Counted from the first letter of the stretch, positions 10,588-21,400 are shown. The stretch: DNA of 64,000 bases from Nitrospirota bacterium (GCA_963701855.1 CAVPBK010000006.1:1152001-1216000); one strand, 5' to 3'. Notes: a model not told the origin generated them from the sequence alone. A program made the numbers and translations.

Positions 10588-11151
10588 GTGATGAGGAGAC
10601 GACGAATTCTCACCGTCATGATCGGCGCGCTGCTGCTCGGTGGGTTGCTTGTGACAGGCTGTGAGAGTGCGGACGCACAAGGAGTGCCGGGCGATCTGTC
10701 TGGTGTCAACAAGAATCGAGACAAAGCTCTGTCGGCGGCGCAGCGGTTCGTCGTCCTGCCGGCCTTCAACAGTGAGGCGGTTTTGGATAAAGAAACCAAC
10801 TTGATCTGGGAGAGGTCACCGCAGACAACGAGCGCCAGATGGATCGCGGCTCGCCGTACCTGCATCGAGAAGAATGTCGGAGGGCAGAAAGGCTGGCGGC
10901 TGCCATTGCTTGAGGAGCTGACTAGTCTGGTGGACCCCTCCGTAGCTCCTCCGGGTCCGACTCTTCCGCCAGGTCATCCATTCCTGACGATCCAGTCGAC
11001 CGTCTATTGGTCAGCGACGAGGGTTGATGAGGACGCCAGGGGTTCGTGGGCCGTGCATTTCGGATTGGGCGGCGGCGCGACCTTCATCAACTGGGCCCAC
11101 AGCATCCAAAGCTGGTGTGTCCGTGATGGCATGAATGTGAATCAGCCTTGA
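10588..11151 (+). CDS. DUF1566 (Lcl C-terminal) domain lipoprotein
   Basis: Lipobox-like LVTGC; VLDKETNLIWE, GWRLPLLEELTSL and YWSAT motifs. Confidence 0.85.
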   Translation: MMRRRRILTVMIGALLLGGLLVTGCESADAQGVPGDLSGVNKNRDKALSAAQRFVVLPAFNSEAVLDKETNLIWERSPQTTSARWIAARRTCIEKNVGGQKGWRLPLLEELTSLVDPSVAPPGPTLPPGHPFLTIQSTVYWSATRVDEDARGSWAVHFGLGGGATFINWAHSIQSWCVRDGMNVNQP

Positions 11152-11217
11152 GGCTTCGGTGATTAGAGCGAGGACGGCGCTTGGGCGTGCCGGCAGGGGC
11201 GGCCCAAATGAGAGAGT

Positions 11218-11574
11218 TTATTCGGCGACCTCGACGCGATCGACGTAGTAGGCGGTCTCTCCGAAGCAAGTCGTAGGGAGGTAGCGATACTCTTTATAGT
11301 GCAGAACCAATCGTTTTCCCATGCCTTGCGAGAGTTGTGACGCCACTTTCTCATCCCAGACTGAAAAGTTCCACAATATCGGGGCCACGCCCGGCACCGT
11401 TGTCATAGCCAACTCGCCCTCGTGCGTCTTGCAGATCCAGCCCTTGTTGGAAAACTTCTGAATATAGCCGGCTCGGTTTCCGTCGGAATAGTCGTAATTG
11501 AAGGCGACGAGCAAATAGGCCGAGCCGATAAACAACATGATGATTAGAAATAATTTTATCATCTTTCTCATCAC
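11218..11574 (-). CDS. Conserved hypothetical membrane-anchored protein
   Basis: N-terminal TM then YSDGNRAGYIQKFSNKGWICKTHEGEL; overlaps leuD stop. Confidence 0.75.
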   Translation of the reverse strand: MMRKMIKLFLIIMLFIGSAYLLVAFNYDYSDGNRAGYIQKFSNKGWICKTHEGELAMTTVPGVAPILWNFSVWDEKVASQLSQGMGKRLVLHYKEYRYLPTTCFGETAYYVDRVEVAE

Positions 11575-12212
11575 GCTTTCCCTGAGTTAGGGAGAAGATC
11601 CGTAAATAACCAGGGGGCCTCAGTCTTCCGCCGCGCCTCGTATGAGGAAATGGTGGTCTCGTGTTGCAACGTTAATCCGATAGCGTCGAGACCCCGATAC
11701 AAACAATCTTTTCTGAAGGGGTCGATCTCGAAGCGAGAACGGGTGCCGTCTGGGGCGGTCACTGTCTGGTCTCCAAGGTCCACCGTCAGTTGGTACCCGG
11801 GCGTCTCTAGGACACCGTTCATCATGGCCAGGACTTCGTCGGCCTTCAACACCACGGGCAGCATGCCGTTTTGGAAACAATTGCTGTAGAAGATGTCGGC
11901 AAAGCTCGACGCGATGATACAACGGAATCCCTGGTCGAGGAGCGCCCAGGGGGCATGTTCACGCGACGATCCGCACCCGAAGTTATCGCGGGTCAGAAGA
12001 ATTGTTGCCCCCTGAAAGCGCGGTTGATTCAAAAAAAACTCCGGATCCTGTGACCCGTCCTTCTTCTTGCGCCAATCGTAGAATAGCCCTTCCCGGAGCC
12101 CGGTCCGCTTGATCGTCTTCAGAAACTGCTTCGGGATGATTTGATCGGTATCAACATTGACGCGGTCCAGTGGGGCCACTAACCCCGTGAGTGTCGTAAA
12201 GGCTTGCATCAT
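11571..12212 (-). CDS. leuD: 3-isopropylmalate dehydratase small subunit
   Basis: NVDTDQIIPKQFL and NFGCGSSREHAPWAL. Confidence 0.98.
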   Translation of the reverse strand: MMQAFTTLTGLVAPLDRVNVDTDQIIPKQFLKTIKRTGLREGLFYDWRKKKDGSQDPEFFLNQPRFQGATILLTRDNFGCGSSREHAPWALLDQGFRCIIASSFADIFYSNCFQNGMLPVVLKADEVLAMMNGVLETPGYQLTVDLGDQTVTAPDGTRSRFEIDPFRKDCLYRGLDAIGLTLQHETTISSYEARRKTEAPWLFTDLLPNSGKA

Positions 12213-12284
12213 GATCCTCGTGAAACGTAAGTAAGCTCTTGAAATCCGCTCATCATTCCTCTCATGCAGACCCCCGTCCAGTTC

Positions 12285-13688
12285 TCACGACCAATGGCGA
12301 ATGTCGACGAAATGGCCTTCGACCGCTGCGGCTACGGCCATCGCCGGCGACACGAGATGGGTCCGGCCGCCGGCCCCCTGGCGCCCTTCGAAGTTTCGAT
12401 TGCTGGTCGAGGCGCAACGCTCTCCGGGCTGAAGCACGTCGGCATTCATCGCCAGACACATACTACAGCCGGCTTCCCGCCACTCGAAGCCTGCTTCTTT
12501 GAATAGTCGGTCGAGCCCTTCCTGTTCGGCCTGTTGCTTTACGAGGCCGGAACCGGGCACGACCATCGCATGAACAGTCTTCGCGACATGCTTACCCTTC
12601 GCCAAGCTCGCAGCCAGACGGAGATCTTCGATGCGCGCATTCGTGCAGGATCCGATGAAGACTTTGTCGATGGCGATATCGGTCATGGGCATGTTCGGAA
12701 TGAGGCCCATGTATTCCAACGCCCGTGCAGTAGCCTGGCGCTGGTTCTCGTCGGTGATCGTATGCGGGTCCGGCACTCGTTGATCGATGCCGGTCACCAT
12801 CCCGGGGCTTGTGCCCCAGCTGACTTGCGGCGCGATGTCCTCGGCCCGCATCGTGACGGTCGTATTGTACGTCGCATTCACATCGGTCTTGAGCTGCTGC
12901 CATGCTTGTACGGCCTGCTCGAACAACTCTCCCTTCGGGGCCAATGGACGCCCCTTGACATAGGCGATGGTGTTTTCGTCCGGCGCCACCATTCCAGCCC
13001 TTGCGCCGCCCTCGATCGACATATTGCAGAGCGTCATGCGCCCTTCCATGCTGAGGGCGCGGATCGCTGAGCCAGTGTACTCGATGACATAACCGGTTCC
13101 GCCAGCTGTACCGATTTTTCCGATGATGGCCAGAATTACATCCTTTGCCGAACAGAGATTCGACAGTACCCCGTCGACGCGAATCTCCATAGTCTTGGGC
13201 CGTTTCTGCACCAAACACTGGGTGGCTAGCACATGTTCCACTTCACTGGTGCCGATACCGAAGGCCAATGCGCCGAACGCTCCATGCGTCGATGTGTGAG
13301 AATCACCGCACACGATGGTCGTCCCCGGCAGGGTAAAGCCCTGTTCTGGCCCGATCACGTGCACTACGCCTTGGCGAATGTCGTTCATGCCGAAGAGTGT
13401 AATGCCGAAGTCATGGCAATTCTCCTCCAGCGTCTTGATTTGTTTCGCACTGAGGGGATCAGCGATGCCAAGGGTCCGGTCGGTGGTTGGAACGTTGTGG
13501 TCCGGCACCGCTAATGTGACGCCAGGACGGCGAGGGCGTCGGCCCGAGAGCTTGAGTCCTTCAAACGCCTGCGGCGATGTTACTTCGTGGACCAACTGAC
13601 GATCAATATAGAGCAGAGTGGTCCCGTCCGGCTCCGCGCGAACGACGTGAGATTCCCAGATTTTGTCGAAAAGAGTTTGAGTAGCCAT
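12285..13688 (-). CDS. leuC: 3-isopropylmalate dehydratase large subunit
   Basis: [37 protein letters not shown] and [12 protein letters not shown]; start trimmed to MATQTL. Confidence 0.98.
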   Translation of the reverse strand: MATQTLFDKIWESHVVRAEPDGTTLLYIDRQLVHEVTSPQAFEGLKLSGRRPRRPGVTLAVPDHNVPTTDRTLGIADPLSAKQIKTLEENCHDFGITLFGMNDIRQGVVHVIGPEQGFTLPGTTIVCGDSHTSTHGAFGALAFGIGTSEVEHVLATQCLVQKRPKTMEIRVDGVLSNLCSAKDVILAIIGKIGTAGGTGYVIEYTGSAIRALSMEGRMTLCNMSIEGGARAGMVAPDENTIAYVKGRPLAPKGELFEQAVQAWQQLKTDVNATYNTTVTMRAEDIAPQVSWGTSPGMVTGIDQRVPDPHTITDENQRQATARALEYMGLIPNMPMTDIAIDKVFIGSCTNARIEDLRLAASLAKGKHVAKTVHAMVVPGSGLVKQQAEQEGLDRLFKEAGFEWREAGCSMCLAMNADVLQPGERCASTSNRNFEGRQGAGGRTHLVSPAMAVAAAVEGHFVDIRHWS

Positions 13689-13876
13689 AGTATGATCCTC
13701 AATGATCGTGTCTCTCTCGGAGGGTACCTCCGAGCGGATGCATATTATACAGAGTCCTCCCATGGTCTGTACAAGAGCACCCAGCGTGTTTCTTGTGTTG
13801 ACCGAATGGACGTGGTACACCGCGCGGTGGGTGGGGACCAGGCTCCTTTCTTACGATTGCCCCGGAGGATTGTGCC

Positions 13877-14347
13877 GTGACTTCTCAGGTATGGACCAAT
13901 CACGGCATCATAGAGTGGTCGCAACTGCTCCTCAACAGTTTCCGTCACTGGACTGGGCGTGAACTGCTCGAACGAGTAGGCGATCAGGACTATCAGGCCC
14001 ACGCGCTCTTCCAGTCTCCCTTAGTCGTCGTATCCCACGGGATAGAAGATGATCCACTCCTCAATTACGGCAATCAGGTCGCGTTAGACTTATGGGAGCT
14101 GACCTGGGCGCAACTCGTAACGACACCGTCGCGGCTGACGGCTGAGTCGGTCAATCGAGCTGAGCGAGAATGGATGTTGGAACAGGCCAGAACGCGTGGC
14201 TATCTCGACACCTATCAAGGCGTGAGAATTGCTTCAACAGGACGCCGCTTTCTCGTCGAGAACGCTCTCATCTGGAATGTCATGGATGTAGAGGGACAGA
14301 GAGTCGGGCAGGCTGCGACCTTCGCGCAATGGACCTGGTTGACCTGA
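13877..14347 (+). CDS. MEKHLA domain protein
   Basis: LLLNSFRHWTGREL, VVSHG..DPLLNYGN, PSRLTAE, YQGVRI, GQAATF. Confidence 0.9.
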   Translation: MTSQVWTNHGIIEWSQLLLNSFRHWTGRELLERVGDQDYQAHALFQSPLVVVSHGIEDDPLLNYGNQVALDLWELTWAQLVTTPSRLTAESVNRAEREWMLEQARTRGYLDTYQGVRIASTGRRFLVENALIWNVMDVEGQRVGQAATFAQWTWLT

Positions 14348-14429
14348 CGCGCAGGTGCGGGAAAACTGTTCTGCGAGTTAGGAGGTGGAAGGACTACATG
14401 ATGTCAAGGGCAAGTGGAACGTTTCCTGC

Positions 14430-14550
14430 CAGATTCCCCAAAAGGCCGTCAGCAAGGCCGAAGCGAGTGAAGGGTCGAGGCGTATCCTCGGGATACGTTG
14501 AGGGTCTGAACGATGCGAGAACGAAGCCGACGGACATTTTGAGCATCCTG
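14430..14550. repeat. MITE-like intergenic repeat (...TTTTGAGCATCCTG end; left end degenerate)
   Basis: AAAGGCCGTC-AGCAAGGCCG..GCGAG..GAGGCGTA..TACGTTGAG..CTGA.CGATGCGAGAACG..TTTTGAGCATCCTG. Recognised from memory as an element dispersed in Nitrospira-like genomes; single copy in this window. Confidence 0.6.
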
Positions 14551-15211
14551 CGGGCTAGGAGGGGAAATAGATCTCAAATATTCCATAGATGCCGCTGTAG
14601 AGGTCGTGTTGTATTGATAGCCACCCGTGACGAGCACAAACACGTTACCAACATGAACTTCGCCGAGGGGTTCAGTCATGACCCCCCGGAAATCTGCATT
14701 ACCCATTCCGGTTACGTTCCAGCCAACATATGTTGTGCAACGGCTCATCTCGGGCTTATAAGCCAGAACCTTTCCTCGTAGCCGACTCCAGAAGAAATTA
14801 TCGAGGTCAGCGTATGACCCTATGGCATAGAGGCTCCATTTTTCATGCCAATAAAAAGCGCTTCAAGCTGGACATACACGCCAGCCTGATAGGTGATCGT
14901 ATTACTCGTGTTCAGCCGCTGTTCTTCGATTCTGCACAGCTGAGGGCCGGCAAGGGCAGAGAGCGTCCAGCCACCGAGGGTTGTGGTGATGCTGAGCAAC
15001 GGGACAACAGCCTGGATGTTGGCATCCAGGAGTTGCCCATCGGTCTTAAAGTTATAGCCGAACCAAGAAGTCATAGCCTGAACAAACAAGCCGGATCCTG
15101 CTGAATTCCGAAAGATCGTGGTCGGACACCGAGATAGGTAATGTACTGGCTCTTATTGTCGATCTGAAATCCGGTGAAGACTGACCTTCCCCCAATTCCG
15201 TGGACACCGGG

Positions 15212-16076
15212 TTAAGCCACAGCCGTCCTCGCTTCGAACTCGGCCGGGGAATCGTAGCCGAGCGTGGAGTGACGCCGCCGCCGATTGTAGAACACCTCAA
15301 TGTACTCGACGATATCCTGTGTCGCGTCGTCACGGGTTGCATAGTGCCGATGGTACACGAGCTCGCGTTTAAGTGTCCCGAAAAAACTTTCGACACAGGC
15401 ATTGTCCCAGCCGTTGCCCGTGCGGCTCATGCTGCTGGTGATGCCGTGCTCGGCGAGCAGCTGCTGGTAGCGACGTGCCGCGTACTGGCTGCCGCGATCC
15501 GAGTGATATAGCAACCCCGCCATGGGCTTCCGATGCGTCAGCGCCAGGGTGAGGGCCCGCTCGGCTAGCTCCACGGTCAGCCGAGGGCCCATCGCCCAGC
15601 CGATCACGGTACGCGCGTACAGGTCGAGCACCACGGCGAGATAGCAGCCAGCCCTCCGTAGTCCAGACATAGGTCATGTCCCCGGCCCACACCCGGTTGG
15701 GCTGCTCGATCTGGAACTGCCGGTTGAGGGTGTTGCGGGCTACCGGCCACGGGTGGTTCGAGTCGGTCGTGGCGCGCCACTTCTTCACGGTCTTGGCCCG
15801 GGTCCCTGCGACGCGCATCCGTCGCGCGATGCGATGTTCGCCGACCCCGTGCCCTCGCTTCATCAATGCGTCCCAGATGCTCGGACTGCCGTAGGTCTCG
15901 CGAGACTCTCGGTGGATCACTCGGATTTCCGAGAGCAGGATGCGGTTGTGCATTGCACGGCGGCTCTCGGGCCGATCCTTCCAGGCGTAATAGCCTGCAG
16001 CCGATACCGCGAGCGCCCGGCACATGAGCCGGATGGGAAAGCGACGGTCGTGCTTCTGGATCGCGCGGTATCTCAT
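15212..16076 (-). pseudogene. IS3 OrfB DDE transposase, +1 frameshift near 15645
   Basis: WAGDMTYVWTTEGWL / YLAVVLDLYARTVIGW split by one extra base; HSDRGSQY, DNACVESFFGTLK, YNRRRRHSTLGY. Confidence 0.9.
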
Positions 16077-16390
16077 TGCGATGCCCTCGCGAAGAACGCC
16101 GCCGCACGTTGTAAAAAATCCCGCTCCTGGGTGACCCGCGCCAACTCCCGCTTCACACGCGTGCGTTCCTCGGCCTCGGCGCGCTGGGCGACCCGTGTGG
16201 GGCCATGGGCCGCCGCCTGCCGATGCTGGGCGGTCCAGCGATACAACACGTTGTCCGAAATCCCCAGGTCCCGCGCGACCTGGGCCACTGGGTAAGCGGA
16301 TTCACACACCAACCGCACCGCCTCCCGCTTAAATTCCTCGGTATACCGACGTCGAGTGCTTGCTGGCATGGGCACCTCCGGTTTCACCAT
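16073..16390 (-). CDS. IS3 OrfA HTH protein
   Basis: RRYTEEFKREAV...VAQVARDLGIS..LYRW...ERDFLQRAAAFFA; ATGA overlap with OrfB. Confidence 0.92.
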   Translation of the reverse strand: MVKPEVPMPASTRRRYTEEFKREAVRLVCESAYPVAQVARDLGISDNVLYRWTAQHRQAAAHGPTRVAQRAEAEERTRVKRELARVTQERDFLQRAAAFFARASQ

Positions 16391-16703
16391 TCTCCCCCTT
16401 ATGAAGGTGTCTGTAAAATCGGGGGAGGGTCAGACCTCTCCCACCTCGCTCACGAGAGACAAGCATGTCAGGATACATGCCGCCAGTAGGAGTCGTATCC
16501 GTCTCGCCATCGCTCTTCTCTCTCGTTGAAACTCAATGTTGGAGACCCGCCTGAAATCAAGCACAGTCGCGCATAGGCTTCGACATTCACAGTCTGGAAA
16601 CGAAAAAACGTTTTTCAAGGAGTAACAATTACGAGAGCGAGTGACGGGGTACCTGCTTCCTCAAGATGGGGGACATGAAAGGGCACCCAAGGAGGAAGGT
16701 CAT

Positions 16704-16928
16704 TTAGCCTGTAGGTTCGTCCGGGAGTCGTTGGAACCGTGGGCGTGGAAGACCCTCTACCATCACGGTTTCCACAAACATGGCCATTGGTCTGACCCAC
16801 AGATCTCGTTCGCCGTAGAGTGCGCGATAGACGACGAACTCTTTTTCCGTTTCCGAATGCCGCGCCACACCGAGCACCTCGTACTCGTGGCCCTTCTTGT
16901 AGTGCCGATAGCGGCCAGGCTGGACCAT
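16704..16928 (-). CDS. DUF1653 domain protein
   Basis: GRYRHYKKGHEYEVLGVARHSETEKEFVVYRALYG..LWVRP..MF..PRF; start trimmed to MVQPG. Confidence 0.9.
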   Translation of the reverse strand: MVQPGRYRHYKKGHEYEVLGVARHSETEKEFVVYRALYGERDLWVRPMAMFVETVMVEGLPRPRFQRLPDEPTG

Positions 16929-17118
16929 CGTGTCTCCATTTCCGCTCCGTACTATACGAGAACAAACTCTGGAATTACAGAGCTGCAAGGTCCAGCCTTT
17001 CGGCTGAAGCTCTTGGCTGGATGAGCCATGAAGAGGGCGGGCGCAGTACCTTGTGAGGGCCTGTAACGTGGGTGCGTGGAAACTCAAGATTCTGTGGGAA
17101 GTAATCAGAGCGTTAACC

Positions 17119-17301
17119 CGCATTATTCATGACGGTTCGTGGCGAAATTGCTGAGCCGCGTCGCGAGATCGGCTCGCGGAACCGTGAGAATCCGATGCGT
17201 ACTCGTGTAGCACGGTGAGAGTTCGAGGGTAAGCCCGTTGGCCCAAGGTTCGTCGTAGCCGCAGATCGGCGATTGCAGCAGAAGCGCTCATGAATAATGC
17301 G
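17119..17301. mobile_element. MITE-like element with 14-bp terminal inverted repeats
   Basis: CGCATTATTCATGA (17119-17132) and TCATGAATAATGCG (17288-17301) flank ~155 bp with no credible coding region. Confidence 0.7.
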
Positions 17302-17315
17302 TGATAAGGCGTTGG

Positions 17316-17939
17316 TTACGTCCGGAGATCGAGTGGGCTTCGGTGGACGATGGCTCGGAGAATATCGCTAGTTGTCAGAATGCCGACCGGGTGACGGGAG
17401 CTGTCGAGAATCGGAATTGCACTGACCTGTTCATCGAGCATGGCATGGGCGATCTCGCGGATCTCCGTCGTCGGGGTGGCGGACAAGACTCGGCTGCTCA
17501 TCACATGGGCGAGCTTGTGCCCGACGGACGGTCCTGGGGAACTGACGGATTCCAACTCATGCGCATAGGGCAGCAGGTCGTAGTTCGATATCATTCCGAC
17601 CAACGTGCCATGAACCGACATTACAGGAAGATGTTGAATCCCCTTGTGCTTCATGAGGCTCCATGCCTCCAGCAGCGTACTGTCGGACGGCAACCATATG
17701 ACGGGCGAGGTCATTAAGTCCTGTGCAAAGAGGGCCGGCTTCGATGCAGGGGCTTGGTTCACCTGTTGCTGGTAGGCCCGTTGAGCGAGGCGTGCTGCAT
17801 GGTCGCCAGTCTGTTGCTCCTGACCTTTTGAGCGATCCTCTCGATCGGCCGCAACAACCTGTGCGGCTGGTGGGCGTGGAGCCACCGGTAGGGCAGGATG
17901 TATTTCGACGATTCCATCGACCGCACGTATAATCGGCAT
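17316..17939 (-). CDS. CBS domain pair protein
   Basis: AQDLMTSPV..IQHLPV..LVGMIS..D and VMSSRV..SAIPILD..PVGILTTSDIL; start trimmed to MPIIRA. Confidence 0.9.
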   Translation of the reverse strand: MPIIRAVDGIVEIHPALPVAPRPPAAQVVAADREDRSKGQEQQTGDHAARLAQRAYQQQVNQAPASKPALFAQDLMTSPVIWLPSDSTLLEAWSLMKHKGIQHLPVMSVHGTLVGMISNYDLLPYAHELESVSSPGPSVGHKLAHVMSSRVLSATPTTEIREIAHAMLDEQVSAIPILDSSRHPVGILTTSDILRAIVHRSPLDLRT

Positions 17940-18325
17940 GGCTGACCTCGTAACGTCTGTATCGGAGGCTAGCAGTAAGTACTTAAGCGGGGAAGGGTTT
18001 GTCTGGCGACCGTTGAAGGCGAGCGGGGACCAGGATCGGGAACAAGAATCAAGGGCCTGAGTGGAGATTACGGGAAAGCAAGGAATTGAAACAGTGGACA
18101 AGAGTGATCATTAACGATCACGGTTTCCAGCAACATTGCCAATGGTCTGACCCAGGACCCGCGGTCGTCGAGTGTGCGATGGACCACGTGTACTACTTCT
18201 GTTTCTGAGTGCCAGCCACCCTCAACACCTCATACAATTCCTGGGCATTATGTGCCGATAGTAACTAAGTTGTACCATCGTGTATTCTTCCACTCCTGAC
18301 ATCGTACGACAAAAGGGAACGACCA

Positions 18326-19735
18326 ATGGAATCACAGAGTCAGGTTTCGATGAGCAAGAGACATGACGTGATTGTAATCGGCGGCGGATCGGCGGGCTAT
18401 GCCGCGGCACGGACTGCGCGGGATGCCGGCGCTGACGTGGCGATTGTGGATCAGGGTCCGCTTGGGGGGCTCTGTATCCTGCGTGGCTGCATGCCGACAA
18501 AGGCCATTCTGCGTTCTGCCGAAGTCGCAGCCCTTTTCAGGCGAGCGAAGGAATTTGGACTCTGTCCAGTTTCGGCCCAGGCCGATCTGTCAGCGATCAT
18601 GGATCGAAAGGATCGGCTGGTCCGCGAGTTTGCTGACTATCGCATTCAGCAGCTTCAAGACCCAAGGTTCACACTTTATCAATCGCGGGCAGTCTTTCGG
18701 TCGCCCCACGAGATCACCGTCGGAGACGTCGTCTTGTCGGCTGGCTCCTTCATCCTCGCTACCGGGTCGAGGCCCAGTGAGGTTTCGATTCCTGGCCTGG
18801 GCCAAGCCGGATATTTCACGAGCGACACGATCCTGGATCTCCGTACCCAATCGGGTTCATTGATCGTCTTGGGTGGCGGGGCTGTCGCCCTCGAACTTGG
18901 GCAGTTCTTTGCTCGACTTGGAACGAAGGTCACGATCCTCCAACGGGGACGCACACTCCTTTCTGAAATGGACGAGGATATCGGATGCTCGCTTGAAGCT
19001 TCATTGATTGACGAGGGCATCGAAGTTGTCACGGGCGCGCAATGGCTGCGCGTGACTCAGGACGCAAGAGGGAAGACGGTGTGGGCGTTAAAAGATGGAC
19101 GTGAAAGGTCCTACGTCGGCGGGGAGATTCTCCAGGCCTTAGGCCGACGGCCCAACATCGAAGGGCTTCACCTAGAATTAGCGGAGGTGACAGTAACCGG
19201 TGGGCGGATTGTGGTCGATGGCGCGATGCGCACGTCGCAAGCGCATATCTATGCTGTGGGTGACGTAAACGATGTCACGCCCATTGTGCATCTCGCCATC
19301 CAGCAGGGAGAGATTGCGGGGTACAACGCGGCTCACGCAGATCGACCAGCGAAAACGATTGATCATCGCCTGGATGCCGAAGTCGTTTTTACCGATCCTC
19401 AGGTTGCGGTGCTGGGGCTCAATGAAATGCGCGCGAAAGCCAGGAATATACCATATCTCACGGCCTCCTATCCGTTCGCCGATCATGGCAAAGCGCTTTG
19501 TCTTGGCGCGACGCAAGGGTTTGTGAAGTTGCTTGCGGCGCCTCAGACCGGTGAGATTCTTGGTGCGCAGATCGTCGGCCCGGAAGCTGGTGAACTGATT
19601 CACGAACTGATCGCGGTGATGTATTACCATGGGACAGTGGCCGATCTCCTGCGTATGCCGCACTATCATCCCACGCTGGCGGAAATTGTGACCTACCCGG
19701 CGGAATCCATTGTCGAACGGTTGGGCGCACGATAA
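18326..19735 (+). CDS. Pyridine nucleotide-disulfide oxidoreductase (dihydrolipoamide dehydrogenase/MerA-like)
   Basis: GGGSAG FAD motif, GGLCILRGCMPTK redox disulfide, YAVGD, HYHPTLAE; lacks the MerA C-terminal CC pair. Confidence 0.92.
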   Translation: MESQSQVSMSKRHDVIVIGGGSAGYAAARTARDAGADVAIVDQGPLGGLCILRGCMPTKAILRSAEVAALFRRAKEFGLCPVSAQADLSAIMDRKDRLVREFADYRIQQLQDPRFTLYQSRAVFRSPHEITVGDVVLSAGSFILATGSRPSEVSIPGLGQAGYFTSDTILDLRTQSGSLIVLGGGAVALELGQFFARLGTKVTILQRGRTLLSEMDEDIGCSLEASLIDEGIEVVTGAQWLRVTQDARGKTVWALKDGRERSYVGGEILQALGRRPNIEGLHLELAEVTVTGGRIVVDGAMRTSQAHIYAVGDVNDVTPIVHLAIQQGEIAGYNAAHADRPAKTIDHRLDAEVVFTDPQVAVLGLNEMRAKARNIPYLTASYPFADHGKALCLGATQGFVKLLAAPQTGEILGAQIVGPEAGELIHELIAVMYYHGTVADLLRMPHYHPTLAEIVTYPAESIVERLGAR

Positions 19736-19921
19736 AGAGATTCAGTGTGCTCGCGCTCAACTATTATCCCTCGCGCTTCGAGGCGAACCGTCGTTTCAGG
19801 CATCACGTTTCCCAAAGAGGCGAGAGGCCTTGCCAATGCACTGTTGAACCGGCCTCGCCATCCAGTGTAGCGTACCCCTACTATGTCAATACACAATGAA
19901 CCGGCTCCCATAAATTTGCGT

Positions 19922-20125
19922 ATGAAGGGGATGATCGCGCGATTCGTGGGGATAGTGGCGATCGCACTCGGGTTCGTCATCGGGATCTACGGACTGGAAG
20001 ATACAGGAGCACCGTGGCTACAGACAGCGCTGGGCTTGCTGGTCACTGGCATGTTGGCTCAAGGCTATGCGCTCTATTGTTCCATGAAGCGCGTGCAAGA
20101 CATCAAGGACCAGTCTAAGTCATGA
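19922..20125 (+). CDS. Small two-TM membrane protein
   Basis: Two hydrophobic segments; ATGA overlap with next gene. Confidence 0.6.
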   Translation: MKGMIARFVGIVAIALGFVIGIYGLEDTGAPWLQTALGLLVTGMLAQGYALYCSMKRVQDIKDQSKS

Positions 20126-20547
20126 GGCAAGCGCGTCAGCACTTGTTCGCAGTCGGGATATTCATCCTTGCAGGGGCGATGCTCGCCTGTGGAGGTCCGT
20201 GGCGCGATAGCTATTTCAAGAAGGGCGTGGATCGACTCACGCAAGATGAGGTGACGGAGAAATTCGGGCCGCCCCATACGGCGAAGACGCCGGCTCTCGG
20301 GGGGGATTCGGTCTGGACCTATCGGGTTTCGATCAGTGACAGGGAATTGGCCTCGGTGGACATTTCCCATCTGGGCGACACAGTGAAAGAAGCATCCGCA
20401 TTAATGGGAAAGACTGTCGAACAAGGTCCCAAGGCCATGTTGTACTGCTACCGCTATACACTGACCTTCAACGAACAGAAAATTCTGAAACAGTGGAAAC
20501 GCGAAGAATGCGTGCCGGGAACCCATGATACGCTCAACGCCAATTAA
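20122..20547 (+). CDS. Hypothetical lipoprotein (BamE/SmpA-like pattern)
   Basis: MLAC lipobox; LTQDEVTEKFGPP..VWTY..YTLTFNEQKILKQW. Confidence 0.7.
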   Translation: MRQARQHLFAVGIFILAGAMLACGGPWRDSYFKKGVDRLTQDEVTEKFGPPHTAKTPALGGDSVWTYRVSISDRELASVDISHLGDTVKEASALMGKTVEQGPKAMLYCYRYTLTFNEQKILKQWKREECVPGTHDTLNAN

Positions 20548-20566
20548 TGTTCTGATGCGGTAATTC

Positions 20567-21400
20567 ATGCCTGCTTGGTTGCCGCACATCGATAGTTCAG
20601 CCGTGCTCGATGGGCTTACCTCGCTTCTGCTGCTGCTCTTCCTCCTCATCGTGCGGGCATTGATTGTCCGAGCGATCGCAAAGAATCCGACTCTCTCGAT
20701 GGAAGCGAAACGCCGATGGGTGGTCTCTGTCCGCAATAGCATCGTGTTCGTGTTGCTCGTGGGGTTGGTCGTCATCTGGGCGCACGAACTCCAAGCTTTT
20801 GGCCTGTCCCTCGTCGCCTTGGCGGCGGCGTTCGTCCTGGCGACCAAAGAACTCATTCTTTGCTGGAGTGGAGCCGCGCTGAGAGTCGGTGGAAAAATCT
20901 ATTCGGTGGGCGATCGCATTCAGATCGCAGGTCATCGCGGCGTCGTCTTGGATCATGACATCTTTGCGACCAGGCTCCTCGAGATCGGGCCAGGCCAAGC
21001 CTCGCATCTTTATACGGGTCGCGTGACAGTGTTCCCGAACAGCCTACTGTTTGCGAATGCCTTGATCAAAGAGAATCCCGGCCAGGAGTATGGGCTCTAT
21101 CTCCTCGTGATTCCTCTCGGGGACAAGGACGACTGGCGGGATGCCGAACGGCACTTGCTCGACGCAGCCAAGGCCGAATGTACTTCATTTATGGAAGTAG
21201 CAGGTCGTCAGATGAAGTTGTTGGAGCAGACGAATCTGCTTGAAGCGCCGTCACCGGAGCCCCGCGTCACAATTCAATTGTCCGAGCCGGGACGCATCAA
21301 TTTGGTGCTGCGGTTCCCGGCACCGGATCGCGGGCGCTCGCGGATCGAACAGGCCATCCTGCGCCGGTATCTCAACGCGGTTGCGTCAGAGACCAAATAA
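20567..21400 (+). CDS. MscS-family mechanosensitive channel
   Basis: Three TMs, YSVGDRIQIAGHRGVV, VTVFPNS. Confidence 0.88.
   Translation: MPAWLPHIDSSAVLDGLTSLLLLLFLLIVRALIVRAIAKNPTLSMEAKRRWVVSVRNSIVFVLLVGLVVIWAHELQAFGLSLVALAAAFVLATKELILCWSGAALRVGGKIYSVGDRIQIAGHRGVVLDHDIFATRLLEIGPGQASHLYTGRVTVFPNSLLFANALIKENPGQEYGLYLLVIPLGDKDDWRDAERHLLDAAKAECTSFMEVAGRQMKLLEQTNLLEAPSPEPRVTIQLSEPGRINLVLRFPAPDRGRSRIEQAILRRYLNAVASETK

Larger units (their letters stand above)
15182..16432 (-). mobile_element. IS3-family insertion sequence (1251 bp)
   Basis: Imperfect IRs TGACCTTCCCCCAATTCCGTGGACACC / TGACCCTCCCCCGATTTTACAGACACC (reverse complement), TG...CA ends, GAC direct repeat at 15179-15181 and 16433-16435. 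Confidence 0.95.
14555..16510 (-). pseudogene. Outer-membrane beta-barrel protein, BcsS-like, interrupted by IS3 and frameshifted
   Basis: Signal peptide MARRIRLLLAACILTCLSLVSEVGEV (ATG 16510) joins in frame to FTGFQIDNKSQYITYLG once the IS is removed. Further segments FGYNF, GVYVQLEA, YWHEKWSLYAIGSYADLDNFFWSRLRGK, GMGNADF, GGYQY and GIYGIFEIYFPS* need about three frameshifts. Confidence 0.6.

Noticed and set aside
18326..19735. Mercuric reductase MerA
   Set aside because: No C-terminal Cys-Cys pair, no NmerA domain and no mer operon context; left as a generic disulfide oxidoreductase
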